A DNA stretch of 64,000 nt from Eukaryota sp. TZLM1-RC. Taxonomy: Eukaryota > Protista > Metamonada: BaSk clade. Positions 1 through 12,200 of this stretch are shown here, one piece after another. The first letter of the stretch is position 1, and each line of letters opens with the position of its first letter. Position numbers and translations under genes: made by a program. Under the pieces are notes generated by a model, which had not been told where the DNA came from, ran no database searches, and saw only the letters and a list, made by a program, of their open reading frames with translations. The DNA lies in assembly GCA_040285825.1 (NCBI GenBank), contig JAUPSS010000003.1:2480001-2544000 (forward strand), read 5' to 3'.

Positions 1-26
1 TATTTTAAGCTCAAAAAAGAAATCAT

Positions 27-1457
27 TCACTGATATCTTTCAGAAAACTTTTGTCTAGCAAAATCTCGCATTTGTTGCATTCTTTGCTCTAAACTTGACT
101 GTCGTTGACTCGCATCCTCATGAAATTGACTACTAAAGACTGCCACGTCATCACCACGTATCGCCACGTCATCACTCCTAACTTCTGTTGATTCAACACT
201 TGACTCAGAGCTAGACCTAGAGCTGGCATTAGGGTTAGGGTTAGGGTCGGGGTTAGGATTGCTAGGTTCAGGACTCGATGAATTCATGACCAATAGCAAA
301 TCAATAGCTTCTTGGACACTATTTGAAGAGTGAAGAGTTTCAATTAAATCACTTCTACTTACCCTAGGGAACATTTCAACCATTCTAGCAATTACATTTG
401 GGTCAATCGATCGATCCAAATGGAAATTACAGATTGGACAGGTTCTACGACTTCTAGACATTTGAATAAAACAAGATTTATGCAAGAAATGTTGGCAAGG
501 TAGCTTGACAACTTGCTGTGACGAGAGAGGATCACGGCACAGAACACACACGTCATCACTAGCGAATGACGATGTGTCAACACGTGTAACTGACTGTAAA
601 AGCTGTCGATTGATTGTGACAGAAGTCAGAATATTTCTTATTGCTTTTTGACTTTGTTTGGACAATGGAAAAATGTTGAACAGGAAATAGCAAATATTGA
701 CAATAATGACCAATTCTTTTAAGGCAGATGGTTTAAAAAATAGAAAAGCAAAATAAATTGTAGAAATTTGAATTAGTATCAGAGTAGTAAAGTCCATGAA
801 AAGAAACAATTTTTGCCGGAATTCAGCAAAAATGTGCGAAAATCGGGAAAATGCAAAACCAAATTCACCTAAAATGTACAAAAATCGAACGATATAAACT
901 CCTGATAAAAAAAGATCAAAAATCAAATGACCAATCAAAGATGACGTGATCCAGGGCGAGTTTAAAACTAGACCAGCAAGGTTGTAGTACCTAAAAATAG
1001 TAACAATAGCTGCTAATAAAATTGAAGGTGTTTTATGAAGGTAAGAGGCGTGCTGAGATAAATCATCAAAATGAAAAGTAAATAAAGACGGTATAAGGGA
1101 AAGAAAGAAGAGATTAACAGAGATTGAAGAGGCAAACAGCTTGGCTTGTAGAGGGAGGTCCTTCAGTGAGAGATAAAGAACGACACGGAAGAGGAGGGGA
1201 AGAAGGAGAGACTGAGGACGGGATTGGAGAGGGATGTCTTTCAGAGAGAAGAAGATGAGCGGAGATATGTGTATGGCTTGTACTATGCAGTAGCGGATGA
1301 AACGGGGGAGATGGAGAGGGTCTTGCCATGATTCAGGTTGAAGAAAGAATAGATTGAATGGAGAAACTCCATATGAGATTAGAGAGGTGGAAAGGACAAA
1401 GAGAAGGACAGTAGTGGTACAGAAGAAGGTTCGGCTGATGGTTATTCGAAGTACCAT
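27..1457 (-). CDS. gp78/AMFR-like ERAD E3 ubiquitin ligase (multi-TM, RING-H2, CUE, G2BR-like tail)
   Basis: Hydrophobic N-terminal half; RING-H2 CVLCRDPL...LPCQHFLHKSC...CPIC; CUE-like MVEMFPRVSRSDLIETL...SVQEAIDLLL; C-terminal FHEDASQRQSSLEQRMQQMRDFARQKF resembles the AMFR Ube2g2-binding region. First ATG is at 1457. Confidence 0.8.
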   Translation of the reverse strand: MVLRITISRTFFCTTTVLLFVLSTSLISYGVSPFNLFFLQPESWQDPLHLPRFIRYCIVQAIHISPLIFFSLKDIPLQSRPQSLLLPLLFRVVLYLSLKDLPLQAKLFASSISVNLFFLSLIPSLFTFHFDDLSQHASYLHKTPSILLAAIVTIFRYYNLAGLVLNSPWITSSLIGHLIFDLFLSGVYIVRFLYILGEFGFAFSRFSHIFAEFRQKLFLFMDFTTLILIQISTIYFAFLFFKPSALKELVIIVNICYFLFNIFPLSKQSQKAIRNILTSVTINRQLLQSVTRVDTSSFASDDVCVLCRDPLSSQQVVKLPCQHFLHKSCFIQMSRSRRTCPICNFHLDRSIDPNVIARMVEMFPRVSRSDLIETLHSSNSVQEAIDLLLVMNSSSPEPSNPNPDPNPNPNASSRSSSESSVESTEVRSDDVAIRGDDVAVFSSQFHEDASQRQSSLEQRMQQMRDFARQKFSERYQ

Positions 1458-2591
1458 TGGATGTTGATCTTCCTCAGTGATCACTAAATTGAAATCTTTG
1501 TGCCGTAATAGAAAAGTAATTGATTGTATATGGTATAGAAAACATTCTTACATAATAGAGATGTTATGTTTAAATCTGAGGGTTTATTGTGAATTAAAGA
1601 ATCTGCTCAAAAGATTTGATGAAAAAAATGATAAATAGATGCTGAAATATTCTCTACAAAGTAGTTACCTTAGTTTCACATGACATAATGCTCTAATTCC
1701 AATTTCTATTTTACTGCCTTTATTTTGAAATCATTAAGTGGAATTAAACAAGGAGATTCCTCAGTGTTGGTTTTCGTGCACCAAACATAAACAATAAATA
1801 CAGAAGTTTATGTACGGAATATAAGAAATCAGCAAAGGAAAAGAAAAGCTAGAATTTAAATACATGATGACTTGATTATTTTCCTCAAGAGGCAAGTCAC
1901 GTTTAGCTACAGCTAACATCAGGACCTCTTTTATTCTGTCTGGCATTTCAATCCAATCTTATCACAAATTCAAGCAATGTTTCCTTGATTAAAGATGATT
2001 GCATAAATGGACGATGTGGTTTCAATAGGCGACTAAATGATAGAGAAAAAAACATTTTTAAGTTTTTAAAAAATTATTCAATAAAAATGGCCTCCTTTGT
2101 TCTTTACAAAGACCAAATTGTAGAAGAATTGTTTAAAAGTAATTTTTTTATTGGACATAAATTTATTACATTAGCAAAATTTATCAACAATGCAATTTTT
2201 GTACTTGGACGAGTACGTTTGAGTCTCTCTAAATGAATTCACATTAATTCACAGAAAGTCTCATGAATTTTGACATCAACTGTAATAGACTGAAATATTG
2301 GAACATTGCAACTTGAACTGAGTTAAACTTCAGGTTTAATGAAAGGTCTACATACAAGAGGATTTGTAGATAGAAATATATGATTAAAGTTTGAATCAAA
2401 ACAGGGTGTGATTATAGTAAATTTAATATGTTTCCGTACATCAAATTTTGGTAATCAATACTTGTACTTTCTTAATTTAGATTTAATTTATTAAACAATT
2501 ACTTACTGAAACGATGAAAAATGAAAAGACAGAGTTTATTTACAACAAACTTGCCACGTCATCATGTGGACAGAATGACGTTTCCTGCTCT

Positions 2592-2921
2592 CTAACACTT
2601 GAAATCCACAACCCATGAATTTGGTGACTTTTGTTTAACAGAACAGTCACATCCCTTGCATGTACAACCACGTTCTCCCCAAGTGACGTAAGCTCCTTGT
2701 TGATAAGTGGCGCTGCTCCATGACCCAGTAGAAATGGCGTTGGAAAAGGTTAATGGAAAAATACGCTTAGCAGGACTACTCTCCCAGCGTCCAGTGGTGG
2801 AGTAAGACTTGTAATTGAGCATTGAAAGACTCCGATTACGAATCTGAACCTGGTAAAAAGTTGATGCAGAAACAGTGTATGTGAGAAGTAGTAGGAGTAG
2901 GATGAGTCGATTTGTGTGCAT
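2592..2921 (-). CDS. Small secreted protein (109 aa), possibly an aegerolysin/Cry34-like beta-sandwich
   Basis: ATG at 2921 gives the signal peptide MHTNRLILLLLLLTYTVSA. The mature part is beta-strand-like (VQIRNRS..L....STTGRWESSP...I.P) with a Cys-rich end. The fold is inferred. Confidence 0.6.
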   Translation of the reverse strand: MHTNRLILLLLLLTYTVSASTFYQVQIRNRSLSMLNYKSYSTTGRWESSPAKRIFPLTFSNAISTGSWSSATYQQGAYVTWGERGCTCKGCDCSVKQKSPNSWVVDFKC

Positions 2922-3674
2922 TTGGAGAAATGAGTATGTGGAAAGACAACATTTTATCTTTGATAAACCAACGCTATTGATATCAGAACTCACAATTGAG
3001 GAATTCCATTCGTGAGATTGTGACGTCGCCAATACTCATCAAAAGTCAATGTAATACGCTACTTCTTCACAACAGTTCATTGTAAGAACAGTAATTTTTG
3101 TTTTTGCTATTGAAATATATTACTTCTTCACATGACTTACATGTACCAATAACAGATTGTGGAACCCGATTGAGCTGTGAAATTAATTTGAACAATCCAA
3201 TTGAACTAAGTTGTTTGTTTGTTTTGATTTTGACTTTTTGGTAGCCATTCTCATTCTACCAATAAAGCTTTATGGTCATTCGAAATTTTTACTCCTTTTG
3301 ATAATATGTAATTAGTAAGCAGCTCATAAATCAACATCTCCATAATCTATCTCTCCCAAAGCAGAACAATTAGATGCAACTCTTTAATATTATATTACAA
3401 TTTACTATAGATTGAATATTGATACAATATTTTCAATGAAAGTACTCACATGTGCATTATTTTTGCTATTTTGACAGATTTGTAATTCTGGTATACATTC
3501 ACGAACTTTCAGATTTTGGAATTTACCAAATACCTCATAAATCATTTGCAACAACGTCAACAGCACTTCCATATTTTTGTTCAATATTCTTTGTCGAAGA
3601 AGCGGTTAATTGTAGTAAAAGTCTGTAAGATGCCATCAAATGACTCGTCAAACCAATCACTAAATTGCTCACAC

Positions 3675-3801
3675 TGTTGCCGTTAGGCACTATGCTAGCT
3701 GTATGTATGGGTTAGTGTGTTAGTTAATGCGGGTTAAGATTAAAATATTTTTATTTAATGTTATTAAATATGCTTAGGTACTCATTAGTGAGATACCTAC
3801 A
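3675..3801 (-). repeat. 3' LTR (127 bp) of Gypsy element 1
   Basis: TG...CA termini; preceded on the minus strand by a polypurine tract AGAAAACGGGAGAAGGTAG (3802-3820); a similar copy starts at 19079. Confidence 0.8.
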
Positions 3802-6800
3802 CTACCTTCTCCCGTTTTCTTAATTAAAATTATTTACAGTTGTTCTTCCGCTTCCTTTGCGGATAACGCTTTTGCTGAGGCACGGGGAGAGCCCGAGCTG
3901 CGTTGTTGGATTTAATAGATTTACGTTTTCTTTTATTTGGTTTCTTATTAAATCGTTGATACGCTTCTGAATATCTGATAGAATGGAGTGGTTCCTCGGT
4001 AGTATCTCCACCAAACCATCTTACAGTACAGAAGGGTCCTTGAGCAGTATAATACTCGTCAAGGATTTCATCGATGACATGTTTAGCTGAATCTGTGGCT
4101 GCGATAGTCCTAAGTAGATCGTTAGCGTTAGGATCGTCAGCGTTATGAATTTTACAGTTTCTCATATTTTAGATTGTCCACCAGTCGTCAGATTCTTTAT
4201 TGATAAAGTGGAGTCGGAAGGGGTATCTAAAATCAGATATAGGCCTAACCAAGATCCATGCAATCTATAAAGTTGTTTACTCATTCGAAGAATATAGTCA
4301 CCAATATGAAATGTGTTTTCATCTATGTTTTTCATATGACTGGGGGTGTTTAATAATTGGTGAAGTTGTGCTTCTTTCCATCTCTTTTGAAGATGGTCAT
4401 TCTTTAATTTGAGGTCTTGTAAAAGTGGTACATTGGATTCAAAATCGAAAATGCCTCCAACAATGTTAGCAGGATCTGATCTTGGGATGATAGACCACCC
4501 AAACATCAGTTCGTTGCGGAGTGTGATTTGTTGTTCTACTTTTGGTTGAATTAATTAATAGTTGAGTTATAGGTACATATGTGGACCATGCATCATAGTC
4601 GCTGTAAGCTATTAATAATTTCCTTATACATTATATCACATCTCGCTGTTTTCTTTTAACCAATCCATTGCTTTCAGAATGATAAGGAATTGAATTATAC
4701 ACTTCAATTGACATTCTTTGGCAAAACAATTTAAATATTTCGTTGGCGAACTCAGGACCATTATCGTTATGTATAGACATAGGTATGCTAAAAATAGTGC
4801 AGACGTTCCATATCAAAGCATCCGCTACTTCTAAGGCATTAAGTTCTTTTAAAGGTACAAGTATTGTATATCTTGTAATTGAATCGACGAAAACTAGTCA
4901 ATATTTATTATCGTTGTTGTCTATATTGAGTGGTCCAATTGTATCCACGTTTAATTTTGCGACGGCGCGATTTGCCCACAGGGAACCAGTTGAGGGAGTC
5001 TTTGATTGTTTTACTGGTGCTGTTTTCTGGCAAGTAGGACAACGTTCTGTATGTTTGATCAGTTCTTTTCTCATGTTTGGCCAGTAGAAATCGCTTTTGG
5101 AAAGTTTATAAAGACTTTCGTTTTTGCTAGGGTGCCCTGATTGGGTTAAACCATGTATTAGGTTGAGTGCCGTTATTCTTAGTTTGGTCGGGATTATCAT
5201 TTAATTATTGTCATTTAGTCGGACTTCAGTGTTTTTGCATAGTGTAGCGTTTATGAATAATGGATCATTATTGCTAATGGCTAGTTGTTGCTCTGATTTA
5301 ACTTTTGAGGGCCAATTTGAAAAAATGGGTAAATCTAGGTGCATTGCCAATTCGAAAATGTGGATTGGGTCTGGTTCTTCATAATTAGAATCATCGTCAG
5401 GGGGTATTTTACGGTGCCAAAAGGGATCATGTGGGTAATTAATGTGATTTATTTCCTAGTTTTCTAAATTTGTATCTATGTTTCTTGACATCATGTCAGC
5501 CCAGTGGTTGTCTTCTCTTTTTTTGTGTATAATATCAAAGTCAAATTCTGACAAGATAGGTAACCATCTCTTGACGATTCTGTTCTTTTCAGGGGCCGTG
5601 GCGAGGAATGCAATATTCCTGTGATCTTTGAAAATGGTCAAATGTCTAGTGATGAGAAAGCTTTCCAGATGACTTTCTGTTAATATTGATAGTATCGCAT
5701 ATAATTCTTTTTGTAAAGTAGACCAACGCTTTTGAGTACCGGTTAAAATCCTACTGTAAAAGGAAATTGGTTTTACTTTTCTATCTTTCAATGCAGTTCC
5801 AATGGGTGAATAAGGTGCGACTTCTTGCCAAATGACTCCTCCTACTGCGATGTCAGATGCATCTGTGCTAATCAGAATGCGTTTGTCTGGTGAAGGTAAT
5901 TCCAGAGACTTGTGATTAATTATGAGGCGTTTTATTTGGTCTAATAGTTGTTCGTGTTTGGCCTTCCAATTTACACGACGTTGTTAGTGCCTAATTAACT
6001 CATTTATGGGTGCTACTAGTTGTGAAAAATTTGGGAGCCAATCTCTTATGAAATTGACTGAGCCAACTAATGACCGTACTTCCTTGATAGTTTTTGGAGC
6101 AGGTATGTTTATTAAGGCATGTACTCGTTTTTTGCTAATTTTTCTTTGTTTGAATTGGAAAGTGCTGCCTAAAATGTCAATTGGTTGTTTGTCAGTAACG
6201 AATTTACATTTTCTCAATCCAATGTTGACTCTTCTATCCCTTGCGCATTGCAGTACCCTCTGTATTCTGTCAAAGAATTCTTGAAGGGTTGATCCTATTA
6301 TGATTATGTCGTCGATGTAAATAAATGCTCTTTCTATTTGGAAAATTTCCATCATTACATTTTGGAAAATTGTTGGGATATTTTTTAGTCCGAAGCATGT
6401 TTTTTTAAACATAATAGATCTGCCAGGAATGGAGATAGATGTCCTTTCAATATCTTCGTCAGCTTCTTTCATTTGCCAAAAGGCGTTTGGGAGATCCAAA
6501 GTGCCAATAAAATTGGCCTGACTCTGAAAAACAGCTGAAATTAATGGTAAGTTAGACTCGACCGGAATTGTAGGAGCGTAAACTCCATCTTTACTACTGA
6601 AGTCGCCCGCAACCTAGGTTTTCGATCATCAGGGTATATCACTAATACTATTGGGGAACTGAACTTATAGTTCGATTCGATTGCATACCTCATTTCAATC
6701 AATTCATCAAAAATCTGATTGGTTATTTGTAATTTCTTTGGGTTGAGGCCCGAGCTGGTTTATGTACAATTGTATTAGTATTGTAGAAGGGGATCGTCAT

Positions 6801-7862
6801 AGGTGGACAATCGATTCCATCTTTATTGGGCTGTTCGCTGAATACGTCTTTGTATTGAGCTAATATATCAGACAAATTCTTATTATACTCACTATCATCT
6901 AAATTAATCGCACATCCAGCACGTCATTTCCAATCCACATTATCTAATTGATGAGTAAAATCTGCTTCACTGCAAGAAGTTGATTCTACATGGCCAATTT
7001 GGTGAGTTGTAATTCTCTTATGAAAAAGGCTCCAGGATTTAGCAGGGTGCGGCGCTCTTCGTCTAGTAAAGTACCAAAACTGTCAGATGTCAGTAGCTCA
7101 GGTTGTTGTAACATGTCTACCCCAATTAAAAATTTGTTCGAACTTGGTATAATTAGGAGAGTATGATTTATTGATACCTGGTTCGCGATACTGCCAATAT
7201 TGAACGTCAGAATGCCTTGTGCACTCCCAAGCGAATTTGTTGATACATTGCTAGCAGGAATGAATTGTGTTACATCGTTTTCATTTATGGACATTGAAAA
7301 CCGATTTGCTAGGTCGAGCGAAATGACAGAACAAAATGCAGTTGTGTCTATCATGCCTTTTATGACCGTATCGTTGATTCTAACCTGAAGCTCTAAAAAC
7401 TGAGGCTGCTTGGATCTGTTGTGGTTCATACAAGGTGTTGTTTCATCTGCTCGATTGTATAAATCTCTTTCTAAACTGTTTTAACTCAAATAATTATCTA
7501 CTTTATTATCTTAACCGAAAGAGAGTGGGTTTAAGAGGGATGCTTGAGCTGAATGTTCCGATTGGCTTGTTGTATAAGTATGGCTCAATTCGGGAGCTGT
7601 AGCGTGCGATGATTGGTGTATATGAAACATATATGCATATATTTATTTCCTCTTGTACCACGGCCACCTCGGCCCCTATATCTACCTTGGCCTCTACTAT
7701 GGCCTCTATGAATATTTTTAAAACTATCATAACTACCTCTGAATGGTCTTCCTCAGCCTCTACTTCTGCCGGCGCTTCTTCGTTGATCTAATGGAACCAC
7801 AGATCTGGTCTATCCGGGATCCTCGCATTCTGCAATAACATGGCCTGGCTTCTGACAAAAAG
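3675..7862 (-). mobile_element. Decayed Ty3/Gypsy LTR retrotransposon with chromodomain (gag end, PR, RT, RH, IN, CHD)
   Basis: Zn knuckle FCQKPGHVIAEC (~7810-7860); protease GMIDTTAFCSVIS (6986-7429); RT DLPNAFWQ/FGLKN/YIDDII (5984-6499); RNase H ISTDASD, LQKELYAI, DHRN, ADMMSR; integrase HHCC and D,D35E (NVDTIGP, HNDNGPEF, PYHSESNGLVKR); chromodomain-like VIDEILDE...VRWFGGDTTEEPL (3830-4165). Many frameshifts and stops. Confidence 0.92.
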
Positions 7863-8087
7863 TACGCGAAAAATATGAATATGAAACCAAAAATTAACAA
7901 TTCAAAGTTCTAATCTTGTTTCCAGAAATCAAGAATTAAGCCAAACTCTGGTTGAAAAGGATCAAGAAATCAATAATAGAGATCAATTAATAAATGATTT
8001 GAGAATAGAAATTAACGATTAAAACTCCAAAATTGTCGATTTTTCCAGAAACGCAAAGGAATTTAAAGAGCAAATTAATGACTAAGT

Positions 8088-8240
8088 ATTTATTGAACTT
8101 GCACACTTAACTCAATTAACTCATAACTAATGCGACGACTTTCATTGAACCAAGATTTCCTCTACAAAATCTTTATCTGCTTGCTGTCTAGCTAAAGCTT
8201 CTCTTATTTTTTTGAACAACCAATTGAACAGCAAATTAAT
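8088..8240 (-). mobile_element. 3' fragment of CRE-like non-LTR family 1
   Basis: Matches the 3' end of the copies at 21590, 46200-46330 and 57980-58050. Confidence 0.8.
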
Positions 8241-9735
8241 TCAGTCCAAATTTGCCATAATATTACAGAAAATCAGAATTTTGGTAATCCCAACCAAATA
8301 TTAGCTGATGATGGTTCTTCTCATGAGAATCAAGAGGAGATCAATGGTAGTGATTGTGATCAATATTTGGAGGATGGATTTGAAAATATAAAAGTTGAGC
8401 CAAGTGATGATTATACATCTGAAACAATGGTTGAAAAAGCAAAAGAATTTCATTATAATGAACAGTGCAATTAAATTAAATGATCACTTAAATTCAAATC
8501 GAGATGAGGCACTTTTTATATTTGACAAACATAAATGTTTTACCAAAATGCATTCTTCATGTTTTCATTATATCTTTGGTCAGAAATGGAATTCATGGGA
8601 GATGATCTGAAAAATGGGGAATTACGGAAACGGCTTCTAGTGACAGAGGGTCACTCCTCCTCCGCACGCTGCTCTCTGTGACCCATCTCCCTATCGCACG
8701 CTATCGCCATCAACTTCGCTTTTTCATTTCTTCATCCCAACAACTTTATTTATTGTTCGATTCCATCATTCAAATCTTTTCATCCATGACACTAATACTC
8801 GTGAGATCTTTCCTACCCAACCCTTCCCCCCGTATTGACACAATGCTTAACACTCCCTTCTCCCACCATCAACATACTCTTGATACCCATCATCGTTGCT
8901 TTCGATATTGTTGTTGTTCAACGACATTGTTCTCGTTGTCATTGACCAGGATGATCTTCTTTGTTAGTTCTTTCATTCTTATTCTTGGCTTTTTTCCAGA
9001 ACATAACCCATCATGCTACCCACCCAATTTCTTTAGTTTTACTTTTTAGTCCATCTAAACTCAATCTTTTCATCCTTTGGAACTTATGCTAGACTTTTAC
9101 TTTGTTTTTATCTTGTAAGTTTTTCCATACCCTTGGTTTTATTAATTTATCACAACTGATGATTCAACTTTGGATTTCACCAATGTCAAAACTTTAGGTC
9201 CAGTTGATCCTGATGGTAAAGTTATTAGTGAATGTGCTAATGATGAACCTCTCATTACCCTTGTTAAATCTAATGTTGATTTTGATGATGTAGTTGTTGT
9301 TGGTTGTCAATCTCTTTTTGCTACTGATTCTACTATTGATTAAGAAACTACTCTTCCTCGTGATTCAACTGATACTAGTAGTCCCTTTGAATTAACCAAA
9401 ACAATGATCATTTGTAATACAAACTTTGTCATGTTCACTAACTATTTTTTCGTATATTTACCACTGTTGTTTTTAATTATTTTGTTTAATGTTTGTTACA
9501 ATTGAGAAGCTTTGAACAAATCAGTATCAAAGCACATATTTAAAAACCCCCATTGACAATTAAGGAAACCAGATCTTGAATATTCAAGTTGAATATAAGT
9601 TTTTGATGTCATTTATTAATGTTATAATTCAGGTTGATATTTATTAAAAAATTCAGCAGGACTGGGAATTAGTGTACTAATTTCAACATTAAAATACACT
9701 TTATTTCTTGGTCCACATTGTTTAATTTTTATATA

Positions 9736-9918
9736 GAGTCTCTTCCAAATATTGAGAGTAATTCTTTGTATTTAGAGTCTCTATTAACAAATACATGCAC
9801 GACTGAGTAATCATTAATCATTCAGTTTTTAACTGTTTAAAGTTGATTACGGTCATGAAAGATCTGATTACGTGTGTCTATATAGTCTACATGTTTTTTT
9901 GATCTTTGTAGGTTCAAC
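9736..9918. repeat. ~180-bp dispersed repeat, copy 1 (probable LTR of Gypsy family 2)
   Basis: Shares ccaaatattgagagtaattct...aagttgattacggtcatgaaagatctgattacgtgt with 25789-25960 and 60381-60560. Each copy lies downstream of minus-strand Gypsy remnants. Confidence 0.7.
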
Positions 9919-9999
9919 ACTTACAATAGGTGTAGTAAGTCAAAGTGAGGGTTTCTTTTTTCAACTCAACGGAGGTAATTTATTTTATATTTTATTTAT

Positions 10000-11262
10000 G
10001 ACCTCGGACATCCTGGGCGTTTTTTTAATGGTGTGGCCAGGATTACCACAGAATCTACTTAAATTCGACCCGTCTTTTTCCTTTTTGATCTGGTTCTTCT
10101 AGCGTTTACTTAGATTATTTGGAGATCTCTACTGATGGTCTGAGGTGTGACAGGAGGTTGTCAGTGTTCTTGTTCTACAAGTTTTCTCCTAAGCTCATTA
10201 AGTCCTCTAGCTAGACTTACTTGGTTTGGGTCATCAGAGAGTTATTTGGTGAAGGTTGATACCAAGTCAAAACATAAAGTTATTTATTACGAAGGTAAAA
10301 GGGATTTCTTCCACCCATTTGCTAGAGCACAAAAATACCTAAACTTTAAAGGACTATAATATGAGGTTGACCAAGGCTAACAACTGAACTCAAATGTAAT
10401 CGATTTTTGGTGAAGAATGATTAATTAGGACAGCTAAGATCTTTTCAAAACACACGTTGAGATTTTTGATATACCTTAAGATCAAGCAAACCTATACCTA
10501 AGTTATCCGTACACTATCACCATTGAAGGCCATACTATAGTTATTAACTGTTGTCTTGAAGAATTAATTAGGGTTCCTTAAGACTGTTTTTGATGAATAT
10601 TTGGATACAATGTGGTTCAAAATACTCTGGGAAAAGGGAACAAAAGTAGCCTTTAAACTAGCAATAGGGGTGAGTCTCTGTCATCTGAAGGTATGCGAAT
10701 AGGCTTGCTCAAGATAGTTTTGGATTGTTGATCCGCAACGAAAGATGTGGGTGCTATTCCTTGATTAACAGTCACTCTTCGAGAAGAAAGTTGAGTGCTG
10801 TACCTTTGGGGATCACCAGCCAAGAAGTTAAAAAGAGTGAGAGCCAATGTATGGTGTGTGTTGAACCAAGAAAGAAGAGGTTTTCGAAAGTTCGTGTTGT
10901 TTTGAAGTACAGAGCCAGCATAAGTGGCTCGTATGGGGCAGTTATGTCCAATTGCATACGAGCTCAAGAATTTAAGCTTCCAGGACACAAGACCATCACC
11001 CGAGAGCTGCTGGTAGTTGTAGCTGGTGATATTTTGCATCCACTAAATGTTGTAGAGGTCTACTATTGGACAGTGCATGGGATGGATACTGTGGCGTCGA
11101 CCAAACTATTTTTTTTGTGTTGAAATCTTTGTCCTAAAAGCCCTTTTAGCATTCAAGCCACACCTCCTACCCCTTCAGCAAAGCAGCCTACTCTTATCAG
11201 AGGGAACAATTGGGCACCCTCATCCTGAATCATATGTACCATGGGGAAATACTTAGAAGGGT
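10000..11262 (-). pseudogene. Highly decayed Gypsy integrase C-terminal remnant
   Basis: Fragments IQDEGAQLF and WFNTHHT..F.LLG in mixed frames, next to the putative LTR at 9736. Confidence 0.4.
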
Positions 11263-12200
11263 TAGAGGTGCTAGTACTTGAATCAGCAACCGAAAAATAT
11301 TGATATTTTATTTATTGTATATTTTTCTTTCGACAATAAATATATTGTTGATGCAAATATTTTATTGTATTGGTGGAGTATTGTGGGATTCAACAATAAA
11401 TACACAATAAAAAAGTTGGATTCAATTTGATGAAAAAACCAGAAACAATGGAACAGATCAATCCTCACTATGACTCAATTATCTTCAGTGCCATAATTGG
11501 CTTTTATTGACATGATCAATTCAACTGTCTTTTGATCCCAACAATGTTTGTTATAGTACAAACACAGCTGCTTTTCCAAACTGTCTGAAGTCAAGTTCGG
11601 ACGATCTGTCATTGTCATTTTAGCTCTACTAAACAACCTTTCTACGTCGTTACTGGTCGCAGGTATCCAACCCAGATCGATGTAATGGCCTTTGGGTCTG
11701 TCACATTCCTCCTTTCGTCTCATTCTCTCTTCAAATATTACCTCCATGTCCTCTTCGGTAGTTGGAGATTGGCATTTCAGAAAACACTGTACTGCTTCTT
11801 TTTCAGCGTAGGACAATTCAAGTTTTCTGTTCCTTTGCAGCTTCGAAACTGCAGTTTCAAAATTGGGAGAGTGCATAATTTGACTGGGGTAACTGGTATA
11901 GTTTGTTAAGTTTGGAAAATCTTTGTGAAACTCTTCAAAGGCACTCTCGGCCTGTGCTAAAGAGAGTTGTCGTCTTTGCAAGTACTTTGTTATTGGCTGG
12001 ACTTTTTTCAATGCTTCAAGGAGTCTTTGAAGCTTCCGTTCTTCTGCTGGTGTTGGTAAGCTTCTGGTCACCTCATCTTCGAAAAGGTCAAACACTTTGA
12101 GGTCCTTGTAGTCAAAGTATCGTTGAAGTGCATCATGCAAAGACAGCCACCATGTTACGTTTCTTTTGCGGGGTTTCATTGAGGTACGTGTTCTTAAAAC

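Noticed and set aside
1761-2470. Short ORFs as remnants of a BTB-family pseudogene (likewise 3300-3640 and 54400-55100)
   Set aside because: Too degenerate to assign by eye.
8630-8720. GC-rich stem GGGTCAC...GTGACCC as a possible HDV-like ribozyme at a retroelement 5' end
   Set aside because: Could not build P3, P1.1 or J4/2 of the double pseudoknot.
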